A DNA stretch of 64,000 bases, from the NCBI RefSeq assembly GCF_009936135.1, contig NZ_CP047901.1:60181-124180 (forward strand), written 5' to 3'. The notes beneath the pieces were generated by a model. That model searched no databases and was not told the origin of the DNA. It saw only the letters and a program-made list of their open reading frames with translations. Below, in pieces: positions 20,155 to 29,627 of the stretch; position 1 is the first letter of the stretch, and every line of letters starts with the position of its first letter. Position numbers and translations under genes: made by a program. This stretch comes from Candidatus Chazhemtobacterium aquaticus. Its GTDB lineage: Bacteria; Patescibacteriota; Microgenomatia; UBA1400; Chazhemtobacteraceae.

Positions 20155-21262
20155 TTTTAACCACCTCCTTAATTACACCTTCAAACTCCTTATCAAACCT
20201 CGCTCGCGAGAATCTTTTCGCCCATTTCTTAATCCTACCCTCATCCCACTTTATTTTATTAAACTTATCCATTCCTTTCCGAATTGAGTTCACATCAGTA
20301 CCGTTAATTAATACTCCAGTCACGCCTTCCTTAACTGTCTCTCTAAAACCACCTCCATTAAATGCTATCACCGGAGTTCCGACCGCCATTGACTCAACCA
20401 CTGTCATTCCAAAATCCTCATCCTTAGCCAAGGCAATAAATCCCTTTGCTTTTGCATACAAACTCACCAACTCCTCATCACTCACCCTCCCCAACATCTC
20501 CACCCTCATCTCCTTTAATCTCTGCTCCACTTTGGTATAACCAGCTGATCCACCAGCAATCTTTAACTCAAAACCCAACTCACTGGCAGCTCTCGCCGCC
20601 TCCTCCAAACCTTTAGCTCCAACTAATCTTGATACAATCAAAAAATAATCCTCTCTACTCAAATCATCAGACTTCCCCACAAACTTATCTATCTCAATTG
20701 GTGGATATATTATCACCGAATCTTTCCGATAAAACTTCTTGACCCTGTTCTGCACATTTCTACTATTTACCACCCACTTATCCACTCGACTTGCTGCCTC
20801 AAAATCAAACTTTCTCAAAAAATGATTCACCACGTAAGCATAGATCTTTACCGGCCAGTATTTCTGTAAATCAATCGATGTTTCATAACCGTACAAAAAT
20901 CTCGGCGGTGTATGACAATACGCAACTACTTTAGTTTTATCACCAACCCTAAAACCTCGAGCAATATATCCAGAACAAGAAGTAATCACCAAATCATAAT
21001 CACTTAAGTCAATCGACCCCCAAATCCAGGGCAACAAAAATCGCAACGGCGAATACAATCTCCAACGCCGAATCAGCCAAGCCCACCTACTTTCTACAAT
21101 CTTTCTATCCGCAAATTCCTTATCACACGCCGATCCCTTAACCCTAAAGGCAGTATAAATTGGTGCCTCTGGATACATATCTGCCAATACCCGAAGCACC
21201 CTTTCAGCACCACCAAACTCCTTAATAAAATCATGAACTATTGCCACTTTCATCAACCTCAT
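20147..21262 (-). CDS. GT4 (group 1) glycosyltransferase
   Basis: C-terminal GT-B motif EDFGMTVVESMAVGTPVIAFNGGGFRETV. Confidence 0.8.
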   Translation of the reverse strand: MRLMKVAIVHDFIKEFGGAERVLRVLADMYPEAPIYTAFRVKGSACDKEFADRKIVESRWAWLIRRWRLYSPLRFLLPWIWGSIDLSDYDLVITSCSGYIARGFRVGDKTKVVAYCHTPPRFLYGYETSIDLQKYWPVKIYAYVVNHFLRKFDFEAASRVDKWVVNSRNVQNRVKKFYRKDSVIIYPPIEIDKFVGKSDDLSREDYFLIVSRLVGAKGLEEAARAASELGFELKIAGGSAGYTKVEQRLKEMRVEMLGRVSDEELVSLYAKAKGFIALAKDEDFGMTVVESMAVGTPVIAFNGGGFRETVKEGVTGVLINGTDVNSIRKGMDKFNKIKWDEGRIKKWAKRFSRARFDKEFEGVIKEVVKNA

Positions 21263-21511
21263 TCTATCAGGATCTTAAACCTCAAATCTAATGATATACT
21301 TTGCAGTATGGCTACCAATAAAAAACCTAATGACACGAACCCCAATTGTCACGCAACAGCCAACACAATATACGGCCTTGGATTAGTTGGCGCTCTTGTC
21401 TACTACCTCCAACAGTCCTCAACCATCGTTGAAGGCTTAATCGGTATTCTCAAATCCATTGTATGGCCGGCTATCCTTATCTATCGCGTTTTCTCCAATC
21501 TGCAACTCTAG
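21233..21511 (+). CDS. small hydrophobic protein, likely starting at an internal Met (~21308)
   Basis: ORF only. One or two TM-like segments. Convergent with the 21559-22059 gene. Confidence 0.3.
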   Translation: MNYCHFHQPHSIRILNLKSNDILCSMATNKKPNDTNPNCHATANTIYGLGLVGALVYYLQQSSTIVEGLIGILKSIVWPAILIYRVFSNLQL

Positions 21512-21558
21512 ACACCAAAGCACCCTCTCTCGAGGGTGCTAGTCGACCAAAAAAGGGC

Positions 21559-22059
21559 CTACCAATCCGCTCCAAACTCTCCACTCATGCCATGCATCCT
21601 TAAACCACGTCCAATTCCCATACTAAAATATGACAGATCAATACCATTCTCCTCTGCCCAAGACTTTAGCTCTTCATGACGAGCCATAATCTCATCTCGA
21701 CGCTCGTCAGGAGACATCTCTCTTAAAGCCGTCCAATTACTCTCCTGCTCAGCCCTCATCTCCTCATGTTTCTGCAAAATCATTTCTCTCTGATCTTCAG
21801 TTAACTTGCCATCAAGCACCGCCTGAGTCAATCGATTCTCGAACTGAACCCCCACCTGCTCATAACGTTGTTCTTGAAAATCCTCCATTGCCGTCAACAC
21901 CTCTTCTTCATCCAAATCAAATCTCTCGGCAATAAACTGAACCAACGGATGGTTTTTAAATTGTTCATCAGCCTTCACCTGGCCCACTCCATACGCCAAC
22001 ATGGCCATTAAAGCTAATGCCGCCACTGGCAACACAATTGTCTTTTTCATTCTATTCAT
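21559..22059 (-). CDS. secreted hypothetical protein
   Basis: N-terminal signal-peptide-like MNRMKKTIVLPVAALALMAMLAYG. Acidic helical remainder. Confidence 0.4.
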   Translation of the reverse strand: MNRMKKTIVLPVAALALMAMLAYGVGQVKADEQFKNHPLVQFIAERFDLDEEEVLTAMEDFQEQRYEQVGVQFENRLTQAVLDGKLTEDQREMILQKHEEMRAEQESNWTALREMSPDERRDEIMARHEELKSWAEENGIDLSYFSMGIGRGLRMHGMSGEFGADW

Positions 22060-22150
22060 TCCAAACTCACCTCCCTTCCTTCACCCCTTAACTTATATCC
22101 AAACTCTTACGGGTGACTACCTATACTACGCCCAACTCTCAAGAAATATT

Positions 22151-22711
22151 TCACAAATGTCTAAATTGCTTTATCCCTCTCACCTTTCCAGAACCAGGTG
22201 TTCCTGGCCCAAGATATCTTTCTCTCCACTCATCCAATCCTCTAGGGTGCTCCTGATACATATATAGCTGTTTTAACAAAGGTTTCTGCCTAAAAAAACC
22301 ACCTAACCCGATCCAATTCATCAATATCGTTAATACTACTATCACCAACACCATTACCACCAGAGCTAAACCCAACCCTCGTTTATACACAAACTCATAC
22401 TCCCTCAATAAATATCCGCCCACCAATATCATTAACATCGCCACAATTAACATTTCCCATGGGAAGAACCTCATCCACATTAAGCACCATCCCAAACTCA
22501 CATTTTCAAATCCCATTCGAGCCAACACCACAAACCGGATATAGAACGCATGCGTTACCAAAGCGCCCAATCCCACCAACAACACCAATCCCACCCCCAC
22601 CATTACCGACCCGAGTACAAAATAAATTCTTGGCCGCATCCGTATCTGACCCTTATGAATTTTCTTCATCACCTCCTCCTCAAACTTTTGTTTATCCTTA
22701 TCTTTCTCCAT
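22151..22711 (-). CDS. membrane protein, putative anti-sigma factor
   Basis: Immediately downstream of, and overlapping, the ECF sigma gene. Short cytoplasmic N-terminus followed by TM helices. Confidence 0.4.
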   Translation of the reverse strand: MEKDKDKQKFEEEVMKKIHKGQIRMRPRIYFVLGSVMVGVGLVLLVGLGALVTHAFYIRFVVLARMGFENVSLGWCLMWMRFFPWEMLIVAMLMILVGGYLLREYEFVYKRGLGLALVVMVLVIVVLTILMNWIGLGGFFRQKPLLKQLYMYQEHPRGLDEWRERYLGPGTPGSGKVRGIKQFRHL

Positions 22712-23273
22712 TATTTCGCTTACATAATTTTTTTACCAAAGCCTTACCCCGGCTTAATCTAGTTCCCACCGTCCCCATACTAATACGCAAAATCTCACTA
22801 ATTTCTTCATAACTCTTCTCCTCAAGATAATACAATACTAATACAGCCCGATATTTCTCACTCAACTCCGCCATACAACTGTCCAACCACTCCTTCATCA
22901 GTTTATCATCAAGTTTATCCTCAGGACTCTGCTCCCTACTCTCAAACACCCCCCACAAATCAGCATCCAGTGGCCAATATAAAATTTTCTTTCTACCCCT
23001 CATCTCACTAATCGTTTCATTATGAGCAATCCGATATATCCACGAGCTAAACTTTCTCCTTACATCAAAACTGTTTAAATTCTCATATCCCTTAACCATA
23101 GCTCTCTGCACTATCTCAGCCGCCAAATCTCCATCTCGTATCATATACTGAACATACCTCCACAGCTTATCACCATACCTCCTCACCACCTCACTATATG
23201 CCTCCTTATCCTTCTCTCTCACATAAACAACCAACTTTTCGTCACTCAAAGAAGCCAACACATCTCGCTTCAT
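22698..23273 (-). CDS. ECF-type RNA polymerase sigma-70 family factor
   Basis: Region 2 (AAEIVQRAMVKGYENLNSFD...FSSWIYRIAHNE) and region 4 HTH (SYEEISEILRISMGTVGTRLSRGK). Confidence 0.85.
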   Translation of the reverse strand: MKRDVLASLSDEKLVVYVREKDKEAYSEVVRRYGDKLWRYVQYMIRDGDLAAEIVQRAMVKGYENLNSFDVRRKFSSWIYRIAHNETISEMRGRKKILYWPLDADLWGVFESREQSPEDKLDDKLMKEWLDSCMAELSEKYRAVLVLYYLEEKSYEEISEILRISMGTVGTRLSRGKALVKKLCKRNNGER

Positions 23274-23430
23274 AGTTTAATATCAATTGCTTATTAAAAA
23301 CCCATTCCAGATGGACTAAGCGGGGTCACCTCCACCTGACCAGCTACAATACCCAGCCCAGCCAATACCGCCAAACCTAAGGCCAAAAGAACATATACCC
23401 AACTTTTATCAATCATCATCATAATATAAC

Positions 23431-24375
23431 CTAACTAAACAACCCTTCCAAATTTTCATCCCACTCATCATTAGGCAGTTTATCTATCAAACTTCTAAAC
23501 GCCAATTTCTCAAACAACTCAACCACTCTTTTACGATCATAGTTTGACAGCTTACACTTCTTCCAAGACAACTGAACCGGCACCTCCAACACAATCTTTC
23601 CCAATTTTCTCGACATATACGCATCTTTCTCGCCTTCTTCCAACATTCGAGTGAATCTTTCACCTACCAACTCTACTACCCTGCTTCTATCTTTCCTCAA
23701 AACTTGATACAACTCATCCAATCCACCAAACTCAATTATTAACTTACTAGCCGTCTTCTCACCAATCCCCTTAATCCCGGGAATATCATCACTGATATCA
23801 CCCATTAACGCTTTTAAATCTACCAACTGCTCTGGTCTCATCCCGTACTTTGCCACTACTGCCTCTCTGTCATACAACATCGACCCCCTTGACTGACCTT
23901 GCCGACTTGGAGCCGCCGGCATCCAAACTCTTACCTTCTCGTCTCTAACTAATTGTAAAGCGTCCCTATCCCCAGTTACGATAATTACTTCACTCTCTAC
24001 ATCCTTAATGGCTTGCCTTGATAAAGTACCCACCACGTCATCCGCTTCATACCCTTCTACTCCAAACTGTGGAATATTCAGCATCTCAACCACTTCCTGA
24101 GTCCTGCCGATCTGTCCTATCAGCTCATCATCAGGCTTTTCTCTTTTAGCCTTATATCCCTCATACTCTTTATGTCTAAAAGTCGGCTTTCCCACATCCC
24201 AAGCTACCACCACGTGACTCGGCTTCAGTTTCTCAATCACCGTCATCAGTATTGTCGTAAAACCGTAAACCGCATTAGTCAACTCACCATCGGGTGCAGT
24301 TAAACTCAATGGATAAGCATGATACGCCCGATGCAAAATGGCCATTCCATCAACTAAAACTAATCTTTTACTCAT
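23431..24375 (-). CDS. 5'-3' exonuclease (FEN/PIN-like, Pol I N-terminal-domain type) without polymerase domain
   Basis: LVLVDGMAILHRAYHA N-terminal motif and H3TH region (GIKGIGEKTASKLI). Confidence 0.85.
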   Translation of the reverse strand: MSKRLVLVDGMAILHRAYHAYPLSLTAPDGELTNAVYGFTTILMTVIEKLKPSHVVVAWDVGKPTFRHKEYEGYKAKREKPDDELIGQIGRTQEVVEMLNIPQFGVEGYEADDVVGTLSRQAIKDVESEVIIVTGDRDALQLVRDEKVRVWMPAAPSRQGQSRGSMLYDREAVVAKYGMRPEQLVDLKALMGDISDDIPGIKGIGEKTASKLIIEFGGLDELYQVLRKDRSRVVELVGERFTRMLEEGEKDAYMSRKLGKIVLEVPVQLSWKKCKLSNYDRKRVVELFEKLAFRSLIDKLPNDEWDENLEGLFS

Positions 24376-24854
24376 ACCCCTTTCCGATTTCTCACTGATA
24401 TATCACCTGTCTCACCATTCAAAAATACAAAAACCTCATCCTCGGGATTAAACTGCTCATCTCTCTCCCAGCGCCATCCTCGAGTAAACCTCCTATCCTT
24501 AACTCTTTTCCAAGACACCACTTCACCTCTCTCTTTTGTTAATAAAACTGGTTTACAACGAGATTGTTTACCAGAATCAATCAGCATCAGCTCGTCCGCC
24601 TCAACCTCCATCAACAATAACTCTAATCTCTTAACCGTCCATGTTATCTCGATATCTTGATCTACCTCACCCAAATCTACACTCTCAACCACATCCCCAT
24701 TATCATTGTCCATTCTCACTACCACCACCGGACCATCCAACTTCCGAGCTGCCACAATTATCTCATGACCACTCCAATCTAACCTTACCCAATTAGCTTC
24801 ACTTTCAGCCACCTCGATACCGACAGTTCTATACTCAATTCTCTGGCCTGTCAT
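24372..24854 (-). CDS. hypothetical protein
   Basis: ORF, ATGA-coupled to the downstream exonuclease gene. Confidence 0.3.
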   Translation of the reverse strand: MTGQRIEYRTVGIEVAESEANWVRLDWSGHEIIVAARKLDGPVVVVRMDNDNGDVVESVDLGEVDQDIEITWTVKRLELLLMEVEADELMLIDSGKQSRCKPVLLTKERGEVVSWKRVKDRRFTRGWRWERDEQFNPEDEVFVFLNGETGDISVRNRKGV

Positions 24855-24869
24855 ACGGCCTATTCTACC

Positions 24870-26765
24870 TTATTCATTACTAGCCTTCTTAACACCCATT
24901 ATCTTTTCAAACTCCTCTCCTTCTACTGTTTCTTGAGCTAACAAAACCTCAACTAGCTTATCCACTTTCTTCATATTCTTACGCAATACAGCTTCAGCTG
25001 TCTTCATTGCATCATCAACCAACCTCTTCACCTCCTTATCAATTTTTGCCTTCATCTCTTCCGACACTTGATCCGGCTCCACAAAACTCCTTCCCCACTC
25101 CGATGTTTCCCACATCGGCCCTAAAGCTACTGGGCCCAAATCACTCATGCCAAAATCCACCACCATTTTTCGAGCCACTCGAGTCACTTTCTCAATATCA
25201 TTAGCTGCTCCGGCTGTCAGTTCCTTAAATACCAACCTTTCAGCCGCCCTACCACCTAACATCATTGCCATCATATCAATCAGCTCAGACTTAGTTTGTT
25301 GATACTTATCTCGCTCTGGTAAAGCCAAGGTTTGCCCCAAACTCATCAACCTGCTCACTATACTCACCCGGTGCACTGGATCTGCTCCCGGCAGCATATG
25401 GCCAACCACAGCATGACCAGCTTCATGATAAGCTGTCATCTTCCTTTCTAAATCACTTTGCAATCTCCTTTTTTCAGGACCCAACTTCACCTTCGTTGCC
25501 GCTTCCTCGATATCTTTAGCACTAATTGCCTTTTTTGCCGACCGAGCTGCCTGAATCGCTGCCTCATTAAGCACGTTTTCCAAATCAGCTCCAGAAAAAC
25601 CAACCGTCCTCTTTGCTACCCTGTTCCAATCAAGCCCTTTATCAAACGGCTTACCCTTGGCATGAATCGCCAATATCGCCTTTCTCCCCTCAATATCTGG
25701 CATATCTAACGACACTCTTCTATCAAATCTTCCCGGACGCACCAAAGCTGGATCAAGCACATCTGGTCTATTTGTCGCTGCCAGCACTATTACATTGTCA
25801 TTTGGCGTAAACCCATCCATCTCCACCAAAATTTGATTCAAAGTTTGTTCTCTTTCATCATGTCCCCCCACCGATCCAGCCATACCTCGCACTCTACCAA
25901 TCGCATCCAGTTCATCAATAAAAATAATTGCTGGTGCAGCCTTTTTAGCCGTGTTAAACAAATCTCTCACCCTTGAAGCTCCCACCCCCACCAACATCTC
26001 CATAAACTCACTTCCAGCCATTGAGAAAAATGGCACTCCAGCCTCGCCCGCCACCGCCTTAGCTAGCAGCGTTTTACCTACCCCAGCCGGACCAATCAAC
26101 AACACCCCTTTAGGTGTCCGCGCTCCCAATGCTCGATATTTCTTAGGACGTTTCAAGAAATCCACCACCTCCTCTAACTCTCTCTTAGCCTCATCTACTC
26201 CAGCTACATCCTTAAAAGTCACATTTTGTTTACCCTTAGCAAAAACCTTCGCCGTACTTTTGCCAAATCCAAAAATATTACTCTGAGCCCCTTTAGCTTG
26301 CTTCAGCATCATATACAACAAGAATCCCATCACCAGAAGAATTGGTAAGTTTAACAACAACGAAGCCATCAATCTTCCCATTGCCTGTGATTGAACCGAT
26401 ATCTCAACCTGATCAGGATTAACACCCTCTTGTTGAAGGGTATCAATAAAACTCGACCCTTCTTCCTTTCTTGAAATCTTAATCTCCTCACTTACATACT
26501 CCATCAAAATCTCATCACCGTTCAAACTGACCTTTCTCACCCTATTTTCCTTAATATCACTAATTGCTTGTGAAATCGGTACCTCATCCAATAACATTGA
26601 TGGATCCATCAAAGACAAAGCAAACGGCAAGAAAAGCAAACCTATCAATAGCCACATCAGCCACCTTCTCGGCCTCATCTTGAAACCCAACTCTATCTTT
26701 CTAATTCTTTCCTCGGGCAAACGTTTATCCCTATTTTCCATCTCGCTCATTGTACCAGCTCTCAA
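24870..26765 (-). CDS. ftsH: ATP-dependent zinc metalloprotease FtsH
   Basis: AAA Walker [24 protein letters not shown], second region of homology, and HEAGHAVV zinc-binding motif. Confidence 0.95.
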   Translation of the reverse strand: MRAGTMSEMENRDKRLPEERIRKIELGFKMRPRRWLMWLLIGLLFLPFALSLMDPSMLLDEVPISQAISDIKENRVRKVSLNGDEILMEYVSEEIKISRKEEGSSFIDTLQQEGVNPDQVEISVQSQAMGRLMASLLLNLPILLVMGFLLYMMLKQAKGAQSNIFGFGKSTAKVFAKGKQNVTFKDVAGVDEAKRELEEVVDFLKRPKKYRALGARTPKGVLLIGPAGVGKTLLAKAVAGEAGVPFFSMAGSEFMEMLVGVGASRVRDLFNTAKKAAPAIIFIDELDAIGRVRGMAGSVGGHDEREQTLNQILVEMDGFTPNDNVIVLAATNRPDVLDPALVRPGRFDRRVSLDMPDIEGRKAILAIHAKGKPFDKGLDWNRVAKRTVGFSGADLENVLNEAAIQAARSAKKAISAKDIEEAATKVKLGPEKRRLQSDLERKMTAYHEAGHAVVGHMLPGADPVHRVSIVSRLMSLGQTLALPERDKYQQTKSELIDMMAMMLGGRAAERLVFKELTAGAANDIEKVTRVARKMVVDFGMSDLGPVALGPMWETSEWGRSFVEPDQVSEEMKAKIDKEVKRLVDDAMKTAEAVLRKNMKKVDKLVEVLLAQETVEGEEFEKIMGVKKASNE

Positions 26766-26781
26766 AGCCTCAAACCATCAC

Positions 26782-27207
26782 CTACTTATATCCCAACTCA
26801 AACAAAAACTGCTTCTGATAACCAATCACCTTCTCCGGCAAGGTCGTAAAAAAATGTTTCCTAGAATCAGTTTCCACCTTAATATCTTCTACTTTAACCA
26901 CATAATGAATCAAATGACCTCGTGGATCACCATCTGGATTCTCAAATAACCCAACAAACTGCCATACACCTGAGTCCACTCCTTGGCCACACTCATCCTC
27001 CAATACTCTCCTAACACACTCACTTATACTTTCTCCCTTCATCAGAAAACTGCCAGGCAAATGCCAACTTCCCTTAAAAGGATCCCCTTGCCTTCTCAGC
27101 ATCAATAATCCACCTTCTTTGTTCTCAACAACCACCTCCACCACCATCCGCGGAGCCAGCTTCAAACTCAAAAGAAACTCATCCAAACTCAATCTTAATC
27201 CGGTCAT
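26782..27207 (-). CDS. NUDIX hydrolase
   Basis: Nudix box GSFLMKGESISECVRRVLEDECG. Confidence 0.75.
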   Translation of the reverse strand: MTGLRLSLDEFLLSLKLAPRMVVEVVVENKEGGLLMLRRQGDPFKGSWHLPGSFLMKGESISECVRRVLEDECGQGVDSGVWQFVGLFENPDGDPRGHLIHYVVKVEDIKVETDSRKHFFTTLPEKVIGYQKQFLFELGYK

Positions 27208-27209
27208 AT

Positions 27210-27545
27210 CTACCTCACCTCACTACCATTTACAACTCTCCCATCAACTGGCATCAGTACTGGCCTACCTTCTTGCTCCACCATTATCATCATCCCCTGA
27301 CTTTCCTCCGGACCCATTTTTTTGTACTTCATATTAACCACAAACACATACTTTTTACCAATTAACTCCCCAGGTCCATACCACTCTCGAATACCAGAAA
27401 ACATCACCCTCTTTCCTATTTCTTCTCCAAAATCCACCTCATACCTAACCAGTTTTTCACTCCAATCAGGCAAACTTGCCGCCACCACCTCACCTACCCG
27501 TAGATCAAGCTCCCCAAACTGGTCATAACTTATTTCACTCTTCAT
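27210..27545 (-). CDS. tRNA-binding protein (CsaA/Trbp111-like OB-fold domain)
   Basis: DLRVGEVVAA...VDFGEE...RVMFSGIREWY...GKKYVFVVNMK matches the Myf/EMAP tRNA-binding domain pattern. Confidence 0.8.
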   Translation of the reverse strand: MKSEISYDQFGELDLRVGEVVAASLPDWSEKLVRYEVDFGEEIGKRVMFSGIREWYGPGELIGKKYVFVVNMKYKKMGPEESQGMMIMVEQEGRPVLMPVDGRVVNGSEVR

Positions 27546-27546
27546 T

Positions 27547-28542
27547 CTAAAACTTAATTTTCATAGCCTCCTTCATCTCTCCAACTACCTCATCGGCAAT
27601 CTCCCTCACCTTTTTACTTCCCTCTAAAGCTTTCTCCAACAATTCCTGCTTTCTCTCTTCAGCCTCACGCCTCTTCTCCCTAATCGGACTCAAAAACTCA
27701 TCCATCACTTCAAACAACCTCTCCTTCACCACAACATCTCCCACCTTCCCTGCCCGATATCTTGATTTCAAGTCCTCAACCTCGCTTTTATCACTATTAA
27801 ATAAGTCGTGATAAGTGAAGGCAATGTTTCCCTCCACCGAACCCGGATCATCTGCATGAATCCTATTAGGATCTGTATATACTAAGAAAACCTTCTTTCG
27901 CAACTCATCTCGGGAATCACCCAAATATATCGCATTATTAAGCGACTTACCCATCTTCTCATTTCCATCAACCCCAGGCACATTCTTCTCCACACCGTAC
28001 ACCGCCTCAGGTTCAGTCAACACCGCCTTACCATACATCTCATTAAACTTTTTCGCCAAATCCCTTGTACCCTCAACCATTGGCGCCTGATCCTTACCCA
28101 CCGGCACCAGATCAGCCCTCACACACAATATATCCGCCGCTTGGTGTACCGGGTACATAAAAAAGCCCAACGGCGTACTTTTCTCCATCCTTTTTTGTTT
28201 TAACTCAGTCTTTATAGTCGGATTGTGTGATACCTGCTGTATTGTCACAAAATTTGCCAAGTAAACAAAAATCTCATGAATCTGTGGCACCTCACTCTGG
28301 ATAAACACCGTTGTCTTATCAAAATCTATACCTACTGCGTAATAATCACACAGTAACTCTAAAATCGAATCTTTAACTCTTCCTGGATCATCAAAGTTAT
28401 CTGTCAACGCCTGCACATTGGCTATCAATACAAACTGATCATGGGTTTCCTGCATCTCTACTCTATTTCTCAAAGACCCCAAAAAATGACCAATATGCAA
28501 TCTTCCCGTCGGCCTGTCTCCTGTCAAAACTCGCTTCTTCAT
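27547..28542 (-). CDS. trpS: tryptophan--tRNA ligase
   Basis: HIGH-type motif TGRLHIGHFLGS and KMSKS-type motif KMGKS. Class I aaRS, 331 aa. Confidence 0.9.
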   Translation of the reverse strand: MKKRVLTGDRPTGRLHIGHFLGSLRNRVEMQETHDQFVLIANVQALTDNFDDPGRVKDSILELLCDYYAVGIDFDKTTVFIQSEVPQIHEIFVYLANFVTIQQVSHNPTIKTELKQKRMEKSTPLGFFMYPVHQAADILCVRADLVPVGKDQAPMVEGTRDLAKKFNEMYGKAVLTEPEAVYGVEKNVPGVDGNEKMGKSLNNAIYLGDSRDELRKKVFLVYTDPNRIHADDPGSVEGNIAFTYHDLFNSDKSEVEDLKSRYRAGKVGDVVVKERLFEVMDEFLSPIREKRREAEERKQELLEKALEGSKKVREIADEVVGEMKEAMKIKF

Positions 28543-28592
28543 GGCAACATTCTAACCTGTTTCACAACAACTGTGAACCAACTCAAATTATG

Positions 28593-28666
28593 TAGCAGGG
28601 GCGAGGATCGAACTCGCGACCTTGGGTTTATGAATCCCATGCTCTAACCAACTGAGCTACCCTGCC
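28593..28666 (-). tRNA. tRNA with CAT anticodon (Met; could be initiator or lysidine-modified Ile2)
   Basis: Reverse complement folds as GGCAGGG-TA-GCTC-AGTTGGTTA-GAGC-A-TGGGA-TTCATAA-ACCCA-AGGTC-GCGAG-TTCGATC-CTCGC-CCCTGCT-A. 74 nt. CCA not encoded. G1-U72 wobble. One A-A mismatch at the base of the anticodon stem. Confidence 0.8.
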
Positions 28667-28821
28667 AGATCTACCTTATATATTCTATCATTCCATGGCT
28701 AAACCAGCCATCCAACCCCTCATTCTTCTCAATAAATTCTTACTCTTTCGCACATGAACTATGACTACCTATCCAACCAAGACCTTATCCATATCTCAAT
28801 TACCCCAAAATAACCCGAATT

Positions 28822-28850
28822 TGTCAATCCCAAGTTAGCCTTGTATAATA
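28822..28850 (+). promoter_or_regulatory. sigma70-like promoter (TTGTCA - 17 nt - TATAAT) upstream of the tmRNA candidate
   Basis: ttgtca at 28822-28827, a 17-nt spacer, and tataat at 28845-28850, about 30 nt upstream of the predicted mature RNA 5' end. Confidence 0.4.
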
Positions 28851-28878
28851 CACACAAGCTCATTTTATGTGCTTAACA

Positions 28879-29134
28879 TGCGGGCGGAAGGTCGGTATCT
28901 TGAGAGGCTCAAATGGGCCCTTTTGTGAGTAATCGCAATCGAAAACCTGGCTATATCGGTGAAACCCACGAAATAAGTGGGCAACCCCGAGGGAAGTCGT
29001 AATTGACCCCGTAGAGACTACACGCCGGGCTCCCCAATAAATAAGGGATGATGATATAGTCCGACACTCCAAGCAATTGGAGATAACCGTGCATAATCTC
29101 TCTTAACCGGGGTTCAACTCCCCGGGCCCGCAAC
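28879..29134 (+). ncRNA. ssrA: probable tmRNA (ssrA); structured RNA with tRNA-like 3' domain
   Basis: 3' end CCGGGG-TTCAACT-CCCCGG-GCCCGCA-A-CCA resembles the tmRNA T-arm, acceptor strand and encoded CCA (E. coli ssrA ends GGGTTCAACTCCC...CCACCA). 5' TGCGGGC at 28879-28885 pairs perfectly with GCCCGCA. Local G+C is higher than the surrounding intergenic DNA. No full tRNA cloverleaf is present. No G3-U70 pair or tag frame could be verified. Confidence 0.4.
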
Positions 29135-29143
29135 CAAAATCAT

Positions 29144-29500
29144 CTATTCTCCAAAGAACAGATCCCACCATTTTTGCCAATTTGGCCTCTTTTCTTCGTT
29201 TTTCTCTCTCAATCCCCTTTCTACCAACTCAACCTCAGGCACTAACACCACCGTTTCACCTGGCAACCTTCGCGTCAATTTATCACGTACTTCCTTCTCT
29301 TTAAACTCATCACTTCTAACTTCTTCTAAACGTGCAGACAACAACTCCTGCTCAGCCTTAACCTCTTCCAAATTTACCTCTGCTTCAACAAGACGATCCT
29401 TAGCCTGATATAAATCCCACAGGCTCCTACCCAAAACCCAACTCAAATACACCAACACCATCAACAAGATTACTTTTACTATCTGCCTTCTCTTAGCCAT
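29144..29500 (-). CDS. septum formation initiator family protein (FtsB/DivIC-like)
   Basis: N-terminal TM anchor followed by a coiled-coil region LWDLYQAKDRLVEAEVNLEEVKAEQELLSARLEEV. Confidence 0.55.
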   Translation of the reverse strand: MAKRRQIVKVILLMVLVYLSWVLGRSLWDLYQAKDRLVEAEVNLEEVKAEQELLSARLEEVRSDEFKEKEVRDKLTRRLPGETVVLVPEVELVERGLREKNEEKRPNWQKWWDLFFGE

Positions 29501-29627
29501 ATCTTATCTATAATTTAAGCACAATCCAATACCCCCTAAGTTCTTGACGTTGTAAAACCAGCGTGATATCATTATATCCGATAATCTTTTTTAGGAAGAT
29601 ATATAACTAATCATCTAAAAATAACTC

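Noticed and set aside
28861-29140. RNase P RNA or SRP RNA in the structured, G+C-richer intergenic segment.
   Set aside because: No P4 consensus strings (AGGAAAGTCCGGGCTC / ACAGAACCCGGCTTA) and no SRP domain IV motif on either strand. The 3' T-arm-acceptor-CCA fits tmRNA better.
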